DNA of 10,991 bases, from UHGV virus genome UHGV-1820253; one strand, 5' to 3'. Source of the stretch: a virus. Below the pieces are notes generated by a model. That model did no database searches. It had not been told where the DNA came from and worked only from the letters and a program-made list of their open reading frames with translations. Below are positions 6,141 to 10,991 of the stretch, one piece after another. A program made the translations under genes and the position numbers. Positions within the stretch are counted from its first letter, which is position 1; each line of letters opens with the position of its first letter.

Positions 6141-6440
6141 ATGAACGTTAATCAGCAGAAAAATCTTCAAAAAATCATGCTGGCATTCGACAAGGACTAC
6201 CGCCTGTCAGAACAGCTATATGACCGACAAGTCGAACTGATTGAGAGTATCCGGCTTCATCAACTGGCCTCAACTTTTGACGTTGTAACAGGCAAAGGCG
6301 TTCGTCAGGAAGTGCTGGAGGCCGCTAAAGACAGCCCTGAGTTCGAAGAACTAATGGATGCCTACCGGCGAGAGGCAATGGCAATTATCGCCCGCTGGGA
6401 TCTGGCGGATCAGCTTGATGGACAGAAGGACGCGGCATGA
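6141..6440 (+). CDS. Hypothetical protein (99 aa) translationally coupled to the exonuclease
   Basis: ATG 6141 with GGGAGGG 7 nt upstream (preferred over the track start at 6126); TGA overlaps the ATG of the exonuclease (ATGA at 6437-6440). Confidence 0.6.
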   Translation: MNVNQQKNLQKIMLAFDKDYRLSEQLYDRQVELIESIRLHQLASTFDVVTGKGVRQEVLEAAKDSPEFEELMDAYRREAMAIIARWDLADQLDGQKDAA

Positions 6441-7258
6441 AACCGGGAATTTATTTCGGCATCAGCAACGAAGACTACCACGCCGGTGACGGCGTGAGTA
6501 AGTCGCAACTTGACATGGTTGCCAAGAATCCGGCGCTTCTTAAATGGGTTCAGGCAGCACCAGAAGACGAAGAGAAAAAGTCTGCACTGGATATGGGAAC
6601 CGCATTGCACTGTCTGCTTCTGGAACCTGGAGAATTCGACAAACGCTTCATCGTTTCACCGAAATTCGATCGTCGGACAAAACAAGGTAAAGCTGACGAA
6701 GAAGCATTTCTTCGTGATGTGGCGGATATGGGTATTACGGTACTTGATGTCGAGCAGTGGCGAAAACTGGAGCTGATGCGTGATAGCACAATGGCTCACC
6801 CGGCTGCACGCTGGATGTTGGAAGCACCTGGTTACTGCGAAGCGTCAATGTACTGGAACGATGAAGAGACGGGTGAGTTGTGCCGAATTCGTCCAGACAA
6901 ATGGCTGAACGAGCACAACGTGATCGTCGACGTGAAAAAGGTTGCAGATATGGACCGTTTTGCACGCCACATCGAGGAATTCCGCTACCACGTGCAGGAC
7001 GCAATGTACCGCGAAGGCGCAATGAGGGTTACTGGTCAGCCGCATGGTTTTTTCTTTCTTGCCGTGAGCGAAAGCATTGATTGTGGTCGGTATCCGGTAC
7101 GCGTGTTCGAGCTGGATGCGCAGGATGTCGATGCCGGGCACGCTCTGTTCCGCCGGGATCTGAATACCTATCACGAATGCCGCATCAATGATGAATGGGG
7201 CGGTGTGGAAATCATTAAACGCCCTGAGTGGGCACGCAAACAGGATATGTACATATGA
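6437..7258 (+). CDS. PD-(D/E)xK family exonuclease (RecE C-terminal nuclease-like), partner of the annealase
   Basis: Motifs GISNEDYHAGDG, GTALHCLLLEP, IVDVKKV (D-x-K) and YHVQDAMY (QxxxY), as in the RecE/lambda Exo/RecB nuclease fold; ATGA overlaps with both neighbouring genes. Confidence 0.8.
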   Translation: MKPGIYFGISNEDYHAGDGVSKSQLDMVAKNPALLKWVQAAPEDEEKKSALDMGTALHCLLLEPGEFDKRFIVSPKFDRRTKQGKADEEAFLRDVADMGITVLDVEQWRKLELMRDSTMAHPAARWMLEAPGYCEASMYWNDEETGELCRIRPDKWLNEHNVIVDVKKVADMDRFARHIEEFRYHVQDAMYREGAMRVTGQPHGFFFLAVSESIDCGRYPVRVFELDAQDVDAGHALFRRDLNTYHECRINDEWGGVEIIKRPEWARKQDMYI

Positions 7259-8196
7259 GCAACGACATCGCAAACATCAACGCACCAGTAGACACAGCAA
7301 TCGCTGGAACTGCTGCAACTATTTTCAGCCCAGACGGCTTGAACCAACTGATGAAATTCGCCGAGGTAATGGCGCAAAGCCGCGTAACGGTACCGGCGCA
7401 CCTCGCCGGGAAACCAGCTGATTGCATGGCCGTGGCAATGCAGGCTGCGCAGTGGGGAATGAACCCGTTTGCCGTGGCTCAGAAAACCCATGTTGTGAAC
7501 GGCACGCTAGGTTATGAAGCCCAATTAGTAAACGCAGTTATCTCAACGATGTCGCCAACAAAAGATCGCATCAACTACGAGTGGTTCGGGCCGTGGGAAC
7601 GCGTGATCGGTAAGTTTGTTGAGAAAACATCCAAAAACGGCAATCCATATATTGCACCAGGCTGGACTCTAAAAGACGAAGAAGGCTGCGGTGTTCGCGT
7701 ATGGGCAACCATGAAGGGCGAGGATCAACCTCGAGTGCTTGAGTTAATGCTATCTCAAGCACAGGTAAGAAACTCCACACTTTGGGCCAGTGATCCGAAA
7801 CAACAACTCGCATACCTTGCGACAAAACGCTGGTCTCGCTTGCACTGTCCTGACGTAATCATGGGCGTCTACACACCAGACGAATTACAGGAAACGGCAC
7901 CGCGCGTTGAGCGAGACATTACTCCGCAAACGACCACTGCTGCGGGAATGAACAGTCTGATCAACGCTAAACAAGTGAAAAAGCCTGATGAGCAAACGCG
8001 TAAAGCGGATAGCCGTGATCCAGAAGAAATGCTGATGGCCTTTACCAGCGCAGCGATGAATTACAGCACTGTCTCCGAACTGGATAAAGCTTACAAATAC
8101 ATTGCACAAAAACTTTCAGATGATGACGAACTGCTGGCAAAAGCCACCGACGTTTACAGCGTTCGTCGGGAAGAATTAAACGAAACATCTATGTAA
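7255..8196 (+). CDS. RecT/Red-beta family single-strand annealing protein
   Basis: ATG 7255 overlaps the exonuclease TGA (ATGA); the track's 7228 start is a GTG inside the exonuclease gene. Similarity to RecT-family annealases recalled from memory, plus the classic exonuclease-annealase pairing. Confidence 0.8.
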   Translation: MSNDIANINAPVDTAIAGTAATIFSPDGLNQLMKFAEVMAQSRVTVPAHLAGKPADCMAVAMQAAQWGMNPFAVAQKTHVVNGTLGYEAQLVNAVISTMSPTKDRINYEWFGPWERVIGKFVEKTSKNGNPYIAPGWTLKDEEGCGVRVWATMKGEDQPRVLELMLSQAQVRNSTLWASDPKQQLAYLATKRWSRLHCPDVIMGVYTPDELQETAPRVERDITPQTTTAAGMNSLINAKQVKKPDEQTRKADSRDPEEMLMAFTSAAMNYSTVSELDKAYKYIAQKLSDDDELLAKATDVYSVRREELNETSM

Positions 8197-8245
8197 CCAC
8201 CACCGCGGCGCCACGCGCGCCGCACTGCAACCAAGAGAGGTATTT

Positions 8246-8494
8246 ATGAAAGGTGCATTAGGTAAGAAGGAACTCCTGGCGGTGGTGCCACTGTCATGGA
8301 GCACTATCGACCGCATGGAGCGCGCAGGGGAATTTCCTAAACGCTGGTATATCACTGACAAACGCTGCGCATGGAACCGTGATGAAGTTGAGCGTTGGCT
8401 TGATGAACGTCAGGCAGCAAGCCCGGCAGAGTTCCAGGGTAAAAAGCCTCCTGTTCAGCAACGTGTATATCGTCCTGTGAGCAACGCTGCATGA
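8246..8494 (+). CDS. Xis/AlpA-like small winged-helix DNA-binding protein (putative excisionase or regulator)
   Basis: ATG 8246 with GAGAGG RBS; LLAVVPLSWSTIDRMERAGEFPKRWYITDKRCAWNRDEVERWLDER resembles AlpA/TorI-type excisionases that accompany P4-family integrases. Confidence 0.6.
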   Translation: MKGALGKKELLAVVPLSWSTIDRMERAGEFPKRWYITDKRCAWNRDEVERWLDERQAASPAEFQGKKPPVQQRVYRPVSNAA

Positions 8495-8607
8495 GTGTGC
8501 TGCTAAGGCACTGGAGCAAATGGTCAGGATGGTACTTATTCCTGGCCTCTGTTTCAGCATGGCTTTATCTGCTGGCATTAATTTTCAGAGAGGGTTGGAT
8601 TAAGTGA
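8491..8607 (+). CDS. Candidate small hydrophobic peptide (38 aa, one predicted transmembrane helix)
   Basis: ATG 8491 overlaps the TGA of the Xis-like gene (ATGA); MSVLLRHWSKWSGWYLFLASVSAWLYLLALIFREGWIK. No RBS beyond the coupling; below the track cutoff. An alternative 27-aa ORF in another frame starts at 8520. Confidence 0.3.
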   Translation: MSVLLRHWSKWSGWYLFLASVSAWLYLLALIFREGWIK

Positions 8608-8903
8608 GAAAGTTAAGCCGACTTGAAAAATATCACATGAACAAGGTTTCAATGCGCAGTCCGTCAAAGATTGTCGCCGTTACTCCTGCGGCGATAGAGT
8701 TCGAAAAACGCGCAATTGAAAGAGAGAAAAAAGGACAGTTCCGCATTGCCGCTCACCTTTGGCTTAAGTGTATGGATGTTGCTTCTGGTGATGTTGAGCG
8801 TGCAAGGATCGCGGTTCGCAGGGACCAATGTATCACAAAAGGTAACGGCCTTCGCCGTGGCGACTATAGCGGCATAGGATGTTGCGGGGTGGTTTATGAC
8901 TAA
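8604..8903 (+). CDS. PerC-family-like putative transcriptional activator
   Basis: Motif EKKGQFRIAAHLWLKCMDV...ERARIAVRRDQC recalls PerC/Pch-like prophage regulators. Start uncertain: GTG 8604, ATG 8637 or ATG 8652. 3' end overlaps the methyltransferase start by 8 nt. Confidence 0.5.
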   Translation: MRKLSRLEKYHMNKVSMRSPSKIVAVTPAAIEFEKRAIEREKKGQFRIAAHLWLKCMDVASGDVERARIAVRRDQCITKGNGLRRGDYSGIGCCGVVYD

Positions 8904-9546
8904 GAAATACACGCTAATCTATGCAGATCCCCCCTGGGTATACCGGGACAAAGCCGCAGATGGTAATCGCGGTGCCGGTTTTAAATATCCGGTTATGAGT
9001 GTGCTGGATATCTGCCGCCTTCCTGTGTGGGATTTGGCCGATGAAAACTGTCTGTTGGCCATGTGGTGGGTGCCAACACAACCACTCGAAGCACTAAAAG
9101 TTGTTGAAGCCTGGGGATTCCGTCTGATGACCATGAAGGGTTTCACGTGGATAAAATGTGGTAGTCGACAACCAGATAAACTGGTTATGGGTATGGGACA
9201 CATGACTCGCGCCAATAGTGAAGATTGCCTGTTTGCGGTAAAGGGAAAATTACCTACGCGCATTAATGCAGGGATCGTTCAGTCATTTACCGCACCGCGG
9301 CTTGAGCATTCAAGAAAACCAGATGTCGTTCGTGAAAAACTTGTGCAATTGTTAGGCGATGTTTCTCGCATTGAACTGTTCGCCCGCCAGTCGTCTCATG
9401 GCTTCGATGTTTGGGGTAATCAGTGCGAAGACCAGGCAGTGCAACTACATCCTGGATACGCGTTGGATATTGGCGGATTAACAAATGCATTCAGCAATGC
9501 TCCGCTGTCACCAACAGACAACCAGGGGCGGGAGCGTGCAGCATGA
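8896..9546 (+). CDS. MT-A70 family DNA N6-adenine methyltransferase (orphan, no cognate endonuclease in window)
   Basis: N-terminal catalytic DPPW motif (LIYADPPWVY) and overall MT-A70-like layout; 216 aa. Confidence 0.85.
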   Translation: MTKKYTLIYADPPWVYRDKAADGNRGAGFKYPVMSVLDICRLPVWDLADENCLLAMWWVPTQPLEALKVVEAWGFRLMTMKGFTWIKCGSRQPDKLVMGMGHMTRANSEDCLFAVKGKLPTRINAGIVQSFTAPRLEHSRKPDVVREKLVQLLGDVSRIELFARQSSHGFDVWGNQCEDQAVQLHPGYALDIGGLTNAFSNAPLSPTDNQGRERAA

Positions 9547-9737
9547 ACAGGGCATCACCAGCAGATTTAAGGAAATGCCTTGAAACTGCAAACATGCTTG
9601 CACACAGCGGGATCAGGTTTGTTCCAGTTCCAGCTGTCACTGATGCTGAATTTGCAACACTGTCAGCAATATTCGCAGATAAAATTGAATCACTGGCAGC
9701 AGAAGCCGAGATGGAAGAAAATCAGCAGAATAATTAA
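9543..9737 (+). CDS. Small hypothetical protein (64 aa) coupled to the methyltransferase
   Basis: ATG 9543 overlaps the methyltransferase TGA (ATGA); MNRASPADLRKCLETANMLAHSGIRFVPVPAVTDAEFATLSAIFADKIESLAAEAEMEENQQNN. The track's longer 9423 version overlaps the methyltransferase gene. Confidence 0.5.
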   Translation: MNRASPADLRKCLETANMLAHSGIRFVPVPAVTDAEFATLSAIFADKIESLAAEAEMEENQQNN

Positions 9738-9740
9738 ACG

Positions 9741-10991
9741 TTATTCCCCCGCCATCCACTTCTCAAACTTCGACGGGGAGAACGGAATCAGATCCGTATG
9801 CTCCCCGTTAATCCAGGAATCAATCATATCGGCCCACTGCTGCAACATGTAGGCGCGCTGTCTGGCGTATTCCGCTTTGTTATATACGGCGCGCACACCT
9901 TTCTGCTCATGTGCCAGAGCCTTTTCAATCCAGTCTGAAGGATAACCAGCCTCATGCAACAACGTACTGGCTGTACGGCGCATATCGTGTACGGTGAAGC
10001 CCTGAATATGCTCACCATCTTCATTTATTATTTTCACCGTTCTGTCGATCAGAGAGTTCAGCGCGGCATTAGATAATGGCTTCCGGAAATTGTAACGACC
10101 AGGAACCAGATATTCACTTCCACCAGCGCACATCTGCAACCCAACCAATATATCCTGTGCCTGTTTAGGCAGGTAAATAACGTGCGCCCGGCTTCCCTTC
10201 ATGCGGTCTGAAGGAATTGTCCATGTCCATTTTTTAAAATCTATTTCATCCCACGTTGCATTGGTGAATTCGCCTTTACGAACCATAGTGATAAGCACCA
10301 GCTTTAAAGCCATTTTCATAGTGCCCATAGCACCAATGGCATCCAGCGTGCGGAAGAACAGGCCAATTTCTTCTGGTGTCAGTGTTCGCTCTCGTGGTTT
10401 AAATATGGCGATAGACGAAGGTTTAATGTCAGCCGCAGGATTAAACAAACCATGACCACGGTCATTGGCGTGACGGTATACGCTGCTGATGATCTCCCTG
10501 GCCTGTACTGCTGTTGCCCGACCACCTCGTTCGACAATCCGGTCACACAAATCACGAACCATCGATGTGGTAATTTCAGCCATCATTTTGTTGCCAAGAA
10601 CCGGAAGTATGTCACGGTCGATCACCGCCTGCTTCATTGCGCGGGTACTGTCAGCCAGGATGACGTGTTTCATATAACTGTCGGTATGTACCGCAAACGT
10701 CTCGGCACCACGAATCTTTTTGATACCGTCACGTTTAGCCGCAGCCGGTGACTGGCCTGCTTTAAGCAGCTTCTTTGCAGCAATCAGTTCTTCTCGCGCT
10801 TCTGCCAGGCTGATACCGTCACGCCCATACTGCCCGATTACCAGTGTTTCGCGGCGACCGTTGATACGGTAGTCATAGCGAAACGAGACCGTGCCTGACG
10901 TAAGCACAGCTACATACAGCCCGTCACGGTCGGAGACCTTGTACAGTTTGTCCTGCGGCTTGAGGTTTTTTAATTTTGTATCGGTAAGCAC
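9741..10991 (-). CDS. P4-family tyrosine integrase (N-terminal arm-binding domain plus catalytic domain); 5' end at or just beyond the window edge
   Basis: 416 aa; N-terminus LTDTKLKNLKPQDKLYKVSDRDGLYVAVLTSGTVSFRYDYR is typical of P4-type integrases; catalytic-region motifs HDMRRT and VRAVYNKAEY. The first codon at the edge is a GTG, so the true start is probably a few codons outside the window. Confidence 0.9.
   Translation of the reverse strand: MLTDTKLKNLKPQDKLYKVSDRDGLYVAVLTSGTVSFRYDYRINGRRETLVIGQYGRDGISLAEAREELIAAKKLLKAGQSPAAAKRDGIKKIRGAETFAVHTDSYMKHVILADSTRAMKQAVIDRDILPVLGNKMMAEITTSMVRDLCDRIVERGGRATAVQAREIISSVYRHANDRGHGLFNPAADIKPSSIAIFKPRERTLTPEEIGLFFRTLDAIGAMGTMKMALKLVLITMVRKGEFTNATWDEIDFKKWTWTIPSDRMKGSRAHVIYLPKQAQDILVGLQMCAGGSEYLVPGRYNFRKPLSNAALNSLIDRTVKIINEDGEHIQGFTVHDMRRTASTLLHEAGYPSDWIEKALAHEQKGVRAVYNKAEYARQRAYMLQQWADMIDSWINGEHTDLIPFSPSKFEKWMAGE

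Noticed and set aside
7228-7254. Track start of the RecT-like ORF at 7228
   Set aside because: This is a GTG inside the exonuclease gene. The ATG at 7255 forms an ATGA overlap with the exonuclease stop and gives the N-terminus MSNDIANINAPV.
6510-7491. ORFs overlapping the exonuclease and RecT genes on both strands (6510..6776, 6550..6789, 6735..7022, 6845..7273, 6880..7080, 7171..7491, 7188..7421, 7215..7427)
   Set aside because: They are nested within or antisense to genes with clear family motifs and coupled starts. Arg/Ser/Cys-rich composition indicates frame shadows.
9824-10751. ORFs overlapping the integrase (9824..10024 minus; 10201..10455, 10452..10751 and 10489..10677 plus)
   Set aside because: Nested in or antisense to the integrase gene, which has a full-length, motif-bearing reading frame.

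Overview
This window reads as an internal segment of a lambdoid temperate phage or prophage, probably from an enterobacterial host, with a lambda-like gene order. All calls come from reading the sequence and from remembered family motifs; no database search was run. Left to right: (1) a minus-strand block of small accessory genes in the position of lambda's nin region (1-2781); (2) a minus-strand replication module with a lambda P-like helicase loader and an O-like initiator that carries six iteron repeats inside its own coding sequence (2899-4496); (3) an immunity switch with a Cro-like gene and a small Cys-rich gene on the minus strand, divergent from a plus-strand tandem-HTH repressor candidate, flanked on both sides by 17-bp ATTACC-N5-GGTAAT palindromes (4512-5967); (4) a plus-strand early operon with a PD-(D/E)xK exonuclease and a RecT-like annealase joined by ATGA overlaps, then an Xis/AlpA-like gene, a PerC-like gene, an orphan MT-A70 methyltransferase and small ORFs (5986-9737); (5) a P4-family tyrosine integrase on the minus strand at the right edge (9741-10991). 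The ORF track treats GTG/TTG as Met, omits ORFs under 60 aa, and misses a minus-strand gene that runs off the left edge, so several starts were re-derived from RBS and overlap context. The most interesting unexplained structure is the operator palindrome family, which also marks an internal promoter upstream of the nin-position cluster, and that cluster itself.
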